Notes: a model not told the origin generated them from the letters alone. DNA of 64,000 nucleotides from Anaeromyxobacteraceae bacterium (GCA_032654565.1 JAULAX010000017.1:1-64000); one strand, 5' to 3'; positions 1 to 9,935 are shown, counted from the first letter of the stretch. A program made the numbers and translations.

Positions 1-1542
1 CTGGGCGGCAGACGGTTCGTAGCCGGCTGATGCGCCCGGAGGAGGCGACGCAGGCCGTCAGGCGGGGTTGCAGCCAGGGGCAGCGGCTGCGGGCTGCGTA
101 GTGGCCGATGCGGTTGTCGCGCACCAACGGCCGAGCGAGCGGCCATGAGCCCCTCTGGCGGCCTACATCGCCGCCATTCTCCGCAGGTTCAGCGCCAGGC
201 ACACGAGCTTGAACTCCGCTTGCACACGGTGTAGCCCTCTCATGCTGAACTGCCGGAACCCCAGCACGTTCTTGATCCAGCCGTTGGGCGGCTCGGCGAT
301 CCACTTACGTCGGCGGTAGGCCGTCTTGCCTTCGTCGGTCTGCAGCTTGGCTGCCATCGCCGCGGTGTACGGGTAGCGCTGCGCATCGAAGCGCAGCGCC
401 TGCTTGCCCTCGCGCCCCAGCGCCACCACCAGTTCGCAGCCGCTGTCGGCCAGGGCCTCGAACACCGCCTCTGCCTGGTAGCCCGCGTCGGCCAAGGCCC
501 AGCTCGGGCAGAGCGCCCAGGTTGTCCTGCACCGCCTGCAGCATCGTAGGCAGTTCACGCGCATCGCTGGCGTTGTTGGCCAGCTCCGCAGCCACGATGA
601 TGTGCGCCGTATCGTCCACCGCGGTCTGCGCGTTGTAGCTGGCGTCGAAGCCTCCGCCGGCGCGCTTCATGATGCGGCTGTCCGGGTCGGTGAAGTTGTC
701 CTGTGTCTTGTCCTCGGGCACGCCGAACTCGCGCTTGTAGCGCCCGCCCGAGGCTTGCCATCCGGGCCACGGGGACGGCGGTCGTCGTCGTGATCGCGGC
801 CGCGTTCCAGGTCGGCCTCGCGCTGGCGCTGCTCCAGGCGCTCGCGGGCCTCGCGGATGGCCGCCAGCCGCGCCTCGCGCCGCGCAATCTCGGCCGGCAT
901 GTCCAGCTCGGGCTCGTTCTTCTCGGCCTCGTCGGAGGCCTTGGCGCGCTCCAGCAGCGCGTCGATCTGCGCCTTCAACTCCGCTTCGGTCTGCTGCATG
1001 CGCTCGTAGCTCATCGCCTTGTGGCGGCTGGCGTTGGCCTTGATCTTGGTGCCGTCGATGGCCACCGTGCCCAGCTTGACCAGCCCCATCTCGCGGGCCA
1101 GCTTCACCACCTGCACAAACAGGTCCGCCAATTCCTTCAAGTGCAAGGCACGGAAGTCGCGGATCGTGCGGTGCGCCGGGAAGTTGCCCGCCGCCAGCAC
1201 CCGGAACGCCAGGTCCTCGTGCAGCCGGCGCTCGATCTTGCGCGAGCTGAACACGCCCGTGGCGTAGCCGTAGACCAGCACCTTGACCATCATCGCCGGG
1301 TGAAACGGCTGGTTGCGCGAGCCGCCGCCCTCGTAGCGCGCGTAGAACGCTCTGAGGTCCAGCGCGTCGACCGTGTCGCTGATGAAGTGCGCCAGGTGCC
1401 CTTCGGGCAGCCAGTCCTGCATCGCCGCGGGCAGCAGCATCACCTGCTGCGGTTCGTACGGAAGGTAGTTCGCGGCCATAGCCACGAAACGTACCTCAAA
1501 CCTCAATCGAAGTCAGGGACTTCCCCTCTGCCGCCCAGACTC
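1..1542 (-). mobile_element. IS1182-family insertion sequence (left end truncated by the window start)
   Basis: Encodes a DDE transposase. Window 1-12 CTGGGCGGCAGA is the exact reverse complement of 1527-1538 TCTGCCGCCCAG (terminal inverted repeats). The right end abuts CTAG at 1543-1546, the likely target site. Confidence 0.85.
163..1479 (-). pseudogene. IS1182-family transposase, split by two compensating single-base indels (~750 and ~499)
   Basis: N-terminal frame has YGYATGVFSSRKIER and VAIDGTKIKANAS. The middle frame (305..721) has NFTDPDSRIMK...YNAQTAVD. The C-terminal frame (163..564) has ALADAGY...YRRRKWIAEPPNGWIK..LGFRQFSMRG. The first and last pieces are in the same frame. Confidence 0.85.
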
Positions 1543-2676
1543 CTAGGCGGCCAGCGGGCCGTGCGCCGTCAGCGCGGCGCGCAGGGCGCCGCAGTAGGCC
1601 ACGTCCAGCGCCCAGGCCGCCGCCGCAGCCTCCCGGTGCACGCGTGCCTGGGCCTCGCGGCCGAGCAGATCGGCCAGCTCCGCCAGCGAGTCGTACACCA
1701 CGGCGCGCGAGTAGTCGTCGAACTGCCCCGCCAGGTCGGCCTCGGCCAGCCGGCCGACCTGTTCGGCGGCGTCGAGCCGACCGCAATGGGCCAGGCACAC
1801 GGCCTGGTCGGCGCGCGCGATGGTGGCCTCCCAGGTCATGCCGGCGCGCACGGCGGGCTCGACGGTGCGCTCGAACACCGCCATCGCCTGCTCGAACTGC
1901 GCGCTCAGGCGCAGCATCTCGCCCAGCCGCAGGTTGGACTGCAGCCCGGTGTCGTCGATCGTCAGCGCCGCAGCGAGCTGCTGGGCGCTGCCCAGGCCGG
2001 CGAGCGCCTGCTTCAGCTGCTCGCCGTCGAGCCGGCCCGCCGCCCGCGCGCGACGCACCTGCTGGGCCTGGGCGAGCGTCATGTAGCGGTGCACGGCGGC
2101 GACCAGCTGCTCGTCGTTGCCGGCGCGCGCCACGCTGCTGGCGCGCCGGTAGTGGCGCACCGCGTCGTCGATCAGGTCGGCCTCGTGGTACAGGGTGGCG
2201 ACCACGTACAGGCCGCGTGCCGCCGCCAGCGGGCGCTGCGCGGCGCCCAGGCGCACCGACTGGCGCAGGTGCGGCAGCACCTCGTTCGGATCGTGGTGCA
2301 GCGTGGCGCGCACGCAGCCCAGCCACGCCTCGCACTCCGCCTCCAGCCCGGCGTCGCCGAGCAGGATGGCGGCGTCGCGCGCCTCCTGCAGAGGCTGCGC
2401 CGCGGTGCCGATCTGCGCGCCGTAGTAGCGCGCCACGCCGCGTGCCAGCGCCAGCTCGGCAGCCGCGCTGCGGTCGGCGGTGGCGGCGACGGCGGCCTCG
2501 GCACGGCTCATCGCCTCGGGCAGGTCGTCGATGCGCCAGTGGCGCGCCAGCAGCAGCACACGCTGCGCCAGCAGACGCGCGCGGTCGGCATCGGCCTGCG
2601 CCGAGGCGATGGCGAGCTGGTTGCGTTGCAGGAGTCGCTGCATGGGGGCCGCTGTCGAGGCGGGCGCAGTCTGCAT
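1543..2676 (-). CDS. Hypothetical Ala-rich helical (TPR-like) protein
   Basis: ORF with helical-repeat-like pattern (A..A..LY..A, AV.HY..A). Lies directly downstream of the hybrid kinase on the same strand. Start uncertain (2676 or 2643). Confidence 0.65.
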   Translation of the reverse strand: MQTAPASTAAPMQRLLQRNQLAIASAQADADRARLLAQRVLLLARHWRIDDLPEAMSRAEAAVAATADRSAAAELALARGVARYYGAQIGTAAQPLQEARDAAILLGDAGLEAECEAWLGCVRATLHHDPNEVLPHLRQSVRLGAAQRPLAAARGLYVVATLYHEADLIDDAVRHYRRASSVARAGNDEQLVAAVHRYMTLAQAQQVRRARAAGRLDGEQLKQALAGLGSAQQLAAALTIDDTGLQSNLRLGEMLRLSAQFEQAMAVFERTVEPAVRAGMTWEATIARADQAVCLAHCGRLDAAEQVGRLAEADLAGQFDDYSRAVVYDSLAELADLLGREAQARVHREAAAAAWALDVAYCGALRAALTAHGPLAA

Positions 2677-2727
2677 GAGGCGTCGCGACGGGTCAGGCCG
2701 GCCAGGCAAGCGCTCTTGCCGGCCGCA

Positions 2728-4653
2728 TCAGGCGCGCGCCATGCGGGCGCGCCGCACCCAGTGGGCCAGCACGCGCACCAGGCGCTCCGGGTCGATCGGC
2801 TTGGACAGGAAGTCGTTCATGCCCTGGCGCATCGCGTTCTCGCGCTCGGAGAGCAGCACGTCGGCGGTCAGGGCGATCACCGGCAGCAGCATCGCGCCGT
2901 GCGTGCGGCGGATCGCGATGGTGGCGTCGACACCGCCGAGCACCGGCATCTGCAGGTCCATCAGCACCGCGTCGAAGGGCGTGCCCGCGGCCGTGGCCTC
3001 GGCGACGGCCTGCACGGCCAGCGCGCCGTTGGCGGCGGTGACGACCTGCGCTCCCCAGTGGGCCAGCGTCGCTTCGGCCACCAGCGTGTTGACCGGATGG
3101 TCCTCGACGAGCAGGATGCGCGCGCCCGCCAGCGCATCGACCGGCGCGAAGCGCGTGGCCTGCGCCACCGGCGGCGCGCTCGAGGCGCGCAGCGGCAGGT
3201 CGGCCCAGAAGCGGCTGCCCTCGCCCGGCGTGCTGAGCATGCCCACGCCGCCGCCCATCAGCACGGCAAGCTGCCGGCAGATGCTCAGGCCCAGGCCGGT
3301 GCCGCCGTAGCGCCGCGTCGTCGACGCGTCGGCTTGGGAGAACGGATGGAACAGGCGCGTCTGCAGCCCCAGGGCGATGCCCGGCCCGGTGTCGCGCACC
3401 TCGATGCGGGTGCGGCCGTCGACACGGCGCAGCGCACGCACCTCGATGACGCCATGCTCGGTGAACTTCAGTGCGTTGCTCAGGTAATTGGCGACGATCT
3501 GGCGCAGCCGCATCGGGTCGCCGTTGACCCAGCGCGGCACGCCGGTGGCCAGCTCGAAGCGGAAGCCCAGCCCCTTGGCCGCGGCGAGGTCGGTGTAGGC
3601 GTCGCGCACGCTGCCCAGCAACTGGTGCAGGTCGAAGTCGACCTGCTCGAGCGTGAGCCGGCCGGCCTCGATCTTGGACAGGTCGAGGATGTCGGAGATC
3701 AGCCCGGCCAGCGCCTGCGCGCTGTCGTCGATGTGCTCCAGGTACTCGCGCAGCTTGCCCGGCGCCAGCGCCGGGTCCTGCGCCAGGCGCACCAGCCCGA
3801 GCAGGCCGTTCAGCGGCGTGCGGATCTCGTGGCTGGTGTTGGCGAGGAACTCGCTCTTCGCGCGGCTGGCCGATTCGGCCTGGTCGCGCGCGTCGGCCAG
3901 CGCATCGGCGCCGCGCCGGCGCTCGGTGATGTCGTCGATGATCCAGATCGTGCCGGCGCTGCCCGGGCGCCGCGGGTCGATCGCGCGCGCCCGCACGCCG
4001 GCCCAGAACACCTGTCCGTCGCGCCGCGCCATCTCGAACTCGCCCTCGAACGCTTCGCCCGACTGCAGCAGCGGCCCGGCGCGGCGGCCGATCTCCCCAT
4101 AGGCATCGTCGCTGGGCCAGACCGCGCGGCCGGGCTGCCCGATCAGCATGCCGGCAGGCCAGCCGAAGATCTCCTCGAAGCGCGGGTTGACGTGCTGGAA
4201 CTGCCGGTCGCGCGTGAAGGCGATGCCCACCGAGGCGTTCTCCAGAATCGCCTCGTACTGCAGGTCGCGGTGCCGCGTGCCGGAGACGTCGCGCACCGTG
4301 CCGAGGATGCAGCGCCGTCCCTCGTGCTCGAACAGCGAGGCGCTGATCGACACCGGCACCGGGCCGCGGCCGCGGAAGTTGAGCGTCGCCGGGTAGTCCT
4401 GCAGGCGGCCCCGGCTCTCGAGCTGGCGCAGGTAGACACGGCGCTCGGTCTCGTCGGTCCACAGGCCCGCCTCGGGAATGGTGAGGCCGTTCAGCTCGCC
4501 CGGTGCACAGCCGATCAGCCGCTCGAACTGCGGGTTGAGCATCAGCATCCGGCCGCTGCCGAACTCGGCCACCACGGTGGGATCCGGGCTGGCCTCGAAC
4601 AGACGATGGAACATCGCGTCGAGCGGCAGGTCGGTAGTGGGTACGGCGAGCAT
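2728..4653 (-). CDS. PAS-PAS hybrid sensor histidine kinase/response regulator
   Basis: Two PAS domains; H-box FLANTSHEIRTPLNG; N box NYLSNALKFT; DTGPGI; GGTGLGL; receiver LLVEDHPVN...VLMDLQMP...LSKP. No TM segments evident. Confidence 0.92.
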   Translation of the reverse strand: MLAVPTTDLPLDAMFHRLFEASPDPTVVAEFGSGRMLMLNPQFERLIGCAPGELNGLTIPEAGLWTDETERRVYLRQLESRGRLQDYPATLNFRGRGPVPVSISASLFEHEGRRCILGTVRDVSGTRHRDLQYEAILENASVGIAFTRDRQFQHVNPRFEEIFGWPAGMLIGQPGRAVWPSDDAYGEIGRRAGPLLQSGEAFEGEFEMARRDGQVFWAGVRARAIDPRRPGSAGTIWIIDDITERRRGADALADARDQAESASRAKSEFLANTSHEIRTPLNGLLGLVRLAQDPALAPGKLREYLEHIDDSAQALAGLISDILDLSKIEAGRLTLEQVDFDLHQLLGSVRDAYTDLAAAKGLGFRFELATGVPRWVNGDPMRLRQIVANYLSNALKFTEHGVIEVRALRRVDGRTRIEVRDTGPGIALGLQTRLFHPFSQADASTTRRYGGTGLGLSICRQLAVLMGGGVGMLSTPGEGSRFWADLPLRASSAPPVAQATRFAPVDALAGARILLVEDHPVNTLVAEATLAHWGAQVVTAANGALAVQAVAEATAAGTPFDAVLMDLQMPVLGGVDATIAIRRTHGAMLLPVIALTADVLLSERENAMRQGMNDFLSKPIDPERLVRVLAHWVRRARMARA

Positions 4654-4810
4654 GGGCGGGCGGTGGATCGTCGATTACAACGCGCCACCCCGGGCATCGG
4701 CGCGGGCAGGCCGCGCGCCGCCGGGCAAAGCGTGAGCTAATGCCGGCCGCTCACAGACCCTCACAGCCGTGCGCTAGCATCCGCGCTCCTTTCGAACCCG
4801 CCCGCTCGCC

Positions 4811-5122
4811 ATGACCGACAGCCTGAATGCCACCGTGCGCACCCGCGCGAATGTCTACTTCGACGGCAAGTGCATCTCGCACAGCCTCGAGCTGGCCGAC
4901 GGCAGCAAGAAGAGCGTCGGCGTCATCCTGCCCGCGTCGCTGCGCTTCAACACCGGTGCGCCGGAGCGCATGGAACTGATCGAGGGCGAATGCCGCGTCA
5001 AGCTGCCCGGCAGCGCCGACTGGGCGGTGTTCCGCGGCGGCCAGTCCTTCGACGTGCCGGGCCAGTCGGCCTTCGACATCGAGGTGACGCAGACGCTGCA
5101 CTACGTCTGCCACTTCCTCTGA
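4811..5122 (+). CDS. ppnP: Pyrimidine/purine nucleoside phosphorylase (DUF1255 family)
   Basis: ANVYFDGKCISHS...KKSVGVILP..L.FNTGAPERME...GQSFDVPG.S.F.I; 103 aa. Confidence 0.85.
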   Translation: MTDSLNATVRTRANVYFDGKCISHSLELADGSKKSVGVILPASLRFNTGAPERMELIEGECRVKLPGSADWAVFRGGQSFDVPGQSAFDIEVTQTLHYVCHFL

Positions 5123-5174
5123 TACGGAATTGCGCTCAAAGGTCAGGGAACAGACTTGTCCGCAGCATCCGTTC

Positions 5175-5847
5175 GCGGCCCGTTGCCGAAGTTTGCGGGT
5201 GTCTGCTTTCGTGGCTGGTTCGCGCGTCGCGGCAGGCGCTGCCCGCTGGCGGCTCATGCTGGGGCGGTCGGCCTTGCAGGCCGACTCCACTGCGATGCTC
5301 GCACCAGGGTCGTGCCGCAGAACTCACTGCGTTCGCTGCGCTCACTTCGTTCAAACAGCTGCGGCAAGTCAGATCACGAAGCGCGCTGGCGCGCGCCGAC
5401 CCCGGCGCTGCGCTTCTCGTCGCCCCAGAAATCGCCCCCAGCGGACAGCGCCTGCCGCGACAAGCACCAGCGGTGGCCTGCGTGTCGAACACCAGCAGCG
5501 GTTCAGCAAAGGCGCGCCCGGGCAGGCGGAGGCGCGCCTCGGAGGCGCCGAGAAGCGCAGGGCTCGTGGCCGCGCGCGCAGCGCGCATCGTCTTCTGACT
5601 CGTCGCGGTTGTTTGAACGAAGTGAGCGCAGCGAACGCAGTGAGTTCGGCGACGGGGCCATGAGACCGAGCATCGCAGGGGAGTCGGTGCGCAGCGCCGA
5701 CCGCCGAGGCGAAGCGCCGTAGCCTGCCCGGGTGCGCCTTTGCCGCACCAATCTCCTGCCACCAAGCCGACACCGAACTTCAGCAACGGGCCGCAAGCAG
5801 CTTCCGGCATGTCGCCGCTTGTCTGCAAGCTGACTGGTTTCATTTCA
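5175..5847. repeat. Large nested inverted-repeat non-coding element, copy 1 (MITE/BIME-like)
   Basis: Outer IR 5175-5193 / 5776-5794 (1 mismatch). Perfect 38-bp IR 5320-5357 / 5610-5647. Sub-modules bounded by IRs 5227-5249 / 5438-5460 and 5506-5527 / 5722-5743. Homologous to 17288-18123 in reverse orientation. Confidence 0.9.
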
Positions 5848-5893
5848 GGCCGACGCTGGCCAGCTTCGCAGGGCCCCCACTCCGGCCTGAGCC
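5845..5893. repeat. Short TCAGGCC...GGCCTGA hairpin repeat, copy 1
   Basis: First 31 bp identical to 63115-63145, and both copies end GGCCTGAGCC. Confidence 0.8.
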
Positions 5894-5911
5894 CGGAGTC
5901 CGACCGCCCGC

Positions 5912-6928
5912 TCAGACGACCACGGGCTCCGGCTCCAGGCGGATGCCGAAGCGGCCGTAGACACTTTCCTGGATGGCGCGCGCCAGCGTCATCACCTCGG
6001 CGCCGATGGCGCCGCCGCGGTTGACCAGCACCAGCGCCTGGCGCTCGTAGACCGCCGCCTGGCCGACCGACTTGCCCTTCCATCCGCAGGCGTCGATCAT
6101 CCAGCCGGCGGCCAGCTTCACGCTGCCGTCGGGCATCGGGTAGTGCACGATCTCCGGGTCGCGGCCGATGATGTCGCGGCACTGCTCGGGCGTGACCACC
6201 GGGTTCTTGAAGAAGCTGCCGGCGTTGCCGATCACCGCCGGGTCGGGCAGCTTGGCGCGGCGGATCGTGCACACCCAGTCGAAGATCTGCTGCGCCGAGG
6301 GTGCGGCCACGCCGGTCTCGCGCATCTTGCGTTCGATGTCCAGGTAGCCCAGCACCGGCTGCCAGGGCCGCGGCAGGCGCAGGCGCACGCGGGTGATCAG
6401 CGTGCGGCCAGCCAGCGAATGTTTGAACACGCTGTCGCGGTAGCCGAAGGCGCAGATCGACGGGCCCAGCGTGACGCTGCGCCCGGTGACCAAGTCCACC
6501 GCGTCGAGCGACTCGAAGCGGTCCTTCAGCTCCAGCCCGTAGGCTCCGATGTTCTGCACCGGCGCGGCGCCCACCGTGCCCGGGATCAGCGCCAGGTTCT
6601 CCAGCCCCGGCAGGCCCTGCGACAGCGTCCAGGCGACCAGGTCGTGCCAGTTCTCCCCGGCACCGGCCTCGACGATCCAGGCCTCGGCGCGTTCCTCGAC
6701 CAGGCGCAGGCCGCGCACCTCGACCTTGAGCACCACCTGCGGCATGTCGCGCGTCAAGACGATGTTGCTGCCGCCGCCGAGGATGAACTTCGGCGCACGG
6801 CCGAGTTCCGGGTGGTCGACCACCCGGCGCACGTCGGCGTCGCCTGCGATGCGCACCAACTGTTGCGCCACCGCAGGCAATCCGAAGGTATTGAACGGCT
6901 TCAGGCTCACGCCCGATTCGATTTGCAT
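5912..6928 (-). CDS. murB: UDP-N-acetylenolpyruvoylglucosamine reductase
   Basis: LKPFNTFG, LGGGSN, GLENLALIPGTVGAAPVQNIGAYG, FGYRDSVFK, GNAGSFFKNP, LEPEP. True start is the ATG at 6928, not the ORF-track 7651. Confidence 0.96.
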   Translation of the reverse strand: MQIESGVSLKPFNTFGLPAVAQQLVRIAGDADVRRVVDHPELGRAPKFILGGGSNIVLTRDMPQVVLKVEVRGLRLVEERAEAWIVEAGAGENWHDLVAWTLSQGLPGLENLALIPGTVGAAPVQNIGAYGLELKDRFESLDAVDLVTGRSVTLGPSICAFGYRDSVFKHSLAGRTLITRVRLRLPRPWQPVLGYLDIERKMRETGVAAPSAQQIFDWVCTIRRAKLPDPAVIGNAGSFFKNPVVTPEQCRDIIGRDPEIVHYPMPDGSVKLAAGWMIDACGWKGKSVGQAAVYERQALVLVNRGGAIGAEVMTLARAIQESVYGRFGIRLEPEPVVV

Positions 6929-6957
6929 GCGAGAATTTTGACCTATCGGCCATGAAT

Positions 6958-7030
6958 CCCGCGCCAAGCCGCTCCGCGGCCCAGCGCGAGCCCCCTGCGG
7001 GGGGCGGGATCGCGCAGCGACCCCGAGGGG
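6958..7030 (-). repeat. REP-like CCCCCC/GGGGG double-hairpin element
   Basis: Reverse complement reads CCCCTCGG-hairpin-CCCCCCGCAGGGGGC-hairpin, the same layout as 17221, 53592 and 58907. Confidence 0.55.
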
Positions 7031-7042
7031 CCCCATCACACC

Positions 7043-7531
7043 ATGCCAAGCTTTGACACCGTCATCGAGCCGAATCTCGTGGAAGTCCGCAACGCCGTGG
7101 ACCAGACCTCCAAGGAGATCGGCACCCGATTCGACTTCAAGGGTTCCTCGGCCGCCGTGGAACTCGGCGACGAGGAGATCACGCTGTTCGCCGACAGCGA
7201 TTTCCAGGTCGCCCAGGTGCGCGACATCCTCGTGGCCAAGCTGACCAAGCGCAGCGTGGACGTGCGCTTCATCGACAGCAGCGCCAAGATCGAGAAGATC
7301 GGCGGCGACAAGGTCAAGCAGGTTCTGGTCGTCAAGAGCGGCGTCGACACCGAGACCGCCAAGAAGATCCAGACCGCCATCAAGCAGAGCAAGATGAAGG
7401 TGCAGGCGGCGATACAGGGCGACACGGTGCGCATCACCGGCGCCAAGCGCGACGACCTGCAGGCGGCGATGCAGTTGATCCGCCAGACGGTGCCGGACTC
7501 GCCGGTCTCGTTCAACAACTTCAGGGATTGA
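7043..7531 (+). CDS. yajQ: YajQ family cyclic di-GMP-binding protein
   Basis: MPSFD...TRFDFKGS...[22 protein letters not shown]...FNNFRD. Confidence 0.95.
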   Translation: MPSFDTVIEPNLVEVRNAVDQTSKEIGTRFDFKGSSAAVELGDEEITLFADSDFQVAQVRDILVAKLTKRSVDVRFIDSSAKIEKIGGDKVKQVLVVKSGVDTETAKKIQTAIKQSKMKVQAAIQGDTVRITGAKRDDLQAAMQLIRQTVPDSPVSFNNFRD

Positions 7532-7533
7532 CC

Positions 7534-8169
7534 ATGCGCGGCCTGCTGGCGGCAACGATCGCGATGCTGCCGGCGCTGGCCGCGGCGCAGAGCGTCTCGA
7601 TGAGCGGCAGCCTGGGCGACAAGGCGCTGCTGCTGATCGACGGTGCGCCACGCACGGTGGCCGTGGGCGCCACGGTGGGCGGCGTGAAGGTGATCCGCGT
7701 CAGCGGCAGCGAGACGGTCGTCGAGGTCGGCGGCAAGCGCCAGACGCTCGCGCTCGGCGGCGCGCAGGTCAACCTGGGCGGCGCGGCCAGCGCCGGCGGC
7801 GGCACGCAGATCGTGCTGGCGGCCGGCCCGGGCGGGCATTTCGTCACCGGCGGCAGCATCAACGGTCGCGCGGTGCGCTTCGTGGTCGACACCGGCGCGA
7901 CCTTCGTCGCCATGGGCGAAGCGGAAGCGCGCCGCATCGGCCTCGACTACGCGCGCGGCCAGCGCGGCCTGATCAACACCGCCAACGGCCAGGTGATCTC
8001 GCACCGCGTCTCGCTCGGCGAGGTGCGCGTGGGCGACGTGACGGTCTACAACGTCGACGCCGTGGTGGTGCCCGCCGGCATGGAAGTGATCCTGCTGGGC
8101 AACAGCTTCCTGACGCGCTTCCAGATGAAGCGCGATTCCGACGTCCTGGTGCTCGACAAGAGGCCCTGA
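7534..8169 (+). CDS. Clan AA retropepsin-like aspartic protease (TIGR02281-type), secreted
   Basis: Signal peptide; GGHF...G.ING..V.FVVDTGAT; TANG; ILLGNSFL.RF. Confidence 0.88.
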   Translation: MRGLLAATIAMLPALAAAQSVSMSGSLGDKALLLIDGAPRTVAVGATVGGVKVIRVSGSETVVEVGGKRQTLALGGAQVNLGGAASAGGGTQIVLAAGPGGHFVTGGSINGRAVRFVVDTGATFVAMGEAEARRIGLDYARGQRGLINTANGQVISHRVSLGEVRVGDVTVYNVDAVVVPAGMEVILLGNSFLTRFQMKRDSDVLVLDKRP

Positions 8170-9929
8170 TGGCGGGGTTCACGCCCGAGTGGGCACGGCA
8201 CGCGGTCTGGTACCAGATCCTGCCGGAGCGTTTTGCCAACGGACAGCGCAGCGACGACCCCACGCCGGCCAGCGTCGATGGTTCGCAGCACGCCGGCGCC
8301 CTGCCCGACGGCTGGCGAGCGCACCCATGGACGAGCGACTGGTACGCGCTGCAGCCCTGGGAGGCCGCGTCGGGCAAGCCGCTGATGGCGAACCTGGCCG
8401 ACCGCCGCTACGGCGGCGACCTGGCCGGCATCCTGCAGCGCCTGCCCTACCTGCAGGACCTGGGCGTCAACGCGATCTACCTGAACCCGGTGTTCGACGC
8501 GCCCTCGCACCACAAGTACGACGCATCCACGCTGCACCACGTCGACGTGCACCTGGGCCCCGACCCCGTGGGCGACCGCGCGTCGATCGCTCGCGAAGTC
8601 GGCGACGACCCGTCCACCTGGGTCTGGACGGCGGCCGATCGGCAGCTGCTCGATCTGATCGACGCGGTGCATGCGCGCGGCATGCGGATCATTCTCGACG
8701 GCGTGTTCAACCATGTCGGCCGGCGCCACTGGGCCTTCCGCGATCTGCTCGAGAAGCAGCGCGGCTCGCGCTTCGCCGACTGGTTCAAGGTGACGTCCTT
8801 CGCCGACGAAGCCGGCGGCTTCCAGTACGAATCCTGGCGCGGCCACGCCTCGCTGCCCGAGTTCCGCCAGGTGCGTGACGACCTCGCGCCGGGCCCGCGC
8901 ACCTACGTCGAGGCGGTCACGCGGCGCTGGATGGCGCCCGATGGCGACGCCACGCGCGGCATCGACGGCTGGCGGCTGGACGTCGCGCCCTGGCTGCCGC
9001 ACGGCTTCTGGAAACACTGGCGGCGCACGGTGAAGGCGATCAGGCCCGACGCCTACCTGGTGGCCGAGAACATCCGCGACGTCGCCTTCAACCTCCCTTT
9101 CCTCGAAGGCGACGAGTTCGACGCGGTGATGAACTACAACTTCGCCTTCGCCTGCGACGAGTTCTTCTTCCGCGACACGACGCGCATCAGCGCGAGCCGC
9201 TTCGATGCGCTGCTGACCGAACTGCGCGAGGCCTACCCGGCCTGCGTGGCGCCGGTGATGCAGAACCTGTTCGGCAGCCACGACACGGCGCGGCTGGCCT
9301 CGCACGCCATGAACCGCGACCGGCTCGACTACCGCGCCTTCGACGAGACCTACCATCCGCGCGACTCGCGCGCGCCGGTCCTCGACACCCGACGCCCCGA
9401 TGAGCACGCCCGCGCGCTGCAGCGCCTGTTCGTGCTGTTCCAGATGACCCAGCTCGGCGCGCCGATGGTCTACTACGGCGACGAGGCCGGCCTATGGGGC
9501 GCCAACGATCCCTGCTGCCGCAAGCCGATGCTCTGGCCGGAGTTGCAGTACGAAGCGGAGGCGGCCGATCCGGCCGGCGGGCTTCGTGCCCAACCGCAGC
9601 CGGTGGCCTTCGATGCCGTGCTGTTCGATCACTACCGCCGCTGCATCGCGTTGCGCCAAACGCTGCCGGTGCTGCGCACGGGGGCGGTCCGCACGCTGCT
9701 CGCCGACGATGCGCGCCAGGTGCTGGCGCACCTGCGCCGCGATGGCGACGCGATCGCGATCGTGGCCATCAACCGCAGCGAAGACACGCAGTCCGTCAGC
9801 CTGCCCGCCGGGCCGACGGCACGCTGGATCGACCGGCTGAACGGCGACCTGCCGCTGCAAGCGCGGCAGGGGCGCATCACGCTGAGCCTGGCGCCGCTGG
9901 GCGGGGCCGTACTCACGCCGGCGGCCTGA
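8169..9929 (+). CDS. GH13 alpha-amylase family glycosidase (cyclomaltodextrinase/neopullulanase-like)
   Basis: WYQILPERFANG, YGGDLAG, YLQDLGVNAIYLNP, DGVFNH, GIDGWRLDVA (nucleophile), VAEN, GSHD, YYGDE. Confidence 0.92.
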   Translation: MAGFTPEWARHAVWYQILPERFANGQRSDDPTPASVDGSQHAGALPDGWRAHPWTSDWYALQPWEAASGKPLMANLADRRYGGDLAGILQRLPYLQDLGVNAIYLNPVFDAPSHHKYDASTLHHVDVHLGPDPVGDRASIAREVGDDPSTWVWTAADRQLLDLIDAVHARGMRIILDGVFNHVGRRHWAFRDLLEKQRGSRFADWFKVTSFADEAGGFQYESWRGHASLPEFRQVRDDLAPGPRTYVEAVTRRWMAPDGDATRGIDGWRLDVAPWLPHGFWKHWRRTVKAIRPDAYLVAENIRDVAFNLPFLEGDEFDAVMNYNFAFACDEFFFRDTTRISASRFDALLTELREAYPACVAPVMQNLFGSHDTARLASHAMNRDRLDYRAFDETYHPRDSRAPVLDTRRPDEHARALQRLFVLFQMTQLGAPMVYYGDEAGLWGANDPCCRKPMLWPELQYEAEAADPAGGLRAQPQPVAFDAVLFDHYRRCIALRQTLPVLRTGAVRTLLADDARQVLAHLRRDGDAIAIVAINRSEDTQSVSLPAGPTARWIDRLNGDLPLQARQGRITLSLAPLGGAVLTPAA

Positions 9930-9935
9930 ACACGC

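Noticed and set aside
480..760. Programmed ribosomal frameshifting in the transposase
   Set aside because: Two opposite shifts would be needed, there is no slippery A-rich heptamer, and IS1182 transposases are normally single ORFs.
703..4740. 1345-aa plus-strand ORF and other very long ORFs (22208..26188, 59073..62024, 31406..34249, 43292..46093, 36779..39457)
   Set aside because: Antisense or off-frame shadows of well-supported genes; high GC suppresses stops, and the translations are Arg/Ala/Gly-rich with no motifs.
5320..5647. 38-bp repeats as a possible CRISPR array or attC cassette array
   Set aside because: There are only two per locus and they are inverted rather than direct, with no spacers or cassette ORFs and no cas or integrase gene in the window.
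5130..5796. ORFs inside both copies of the large repeat that resemble each other
   Set aside because: The similarity comes from the DNA repeat itself. Several frames on both strands are open, there are no transposase motifs, and the inserts in copy 2 shift frames.
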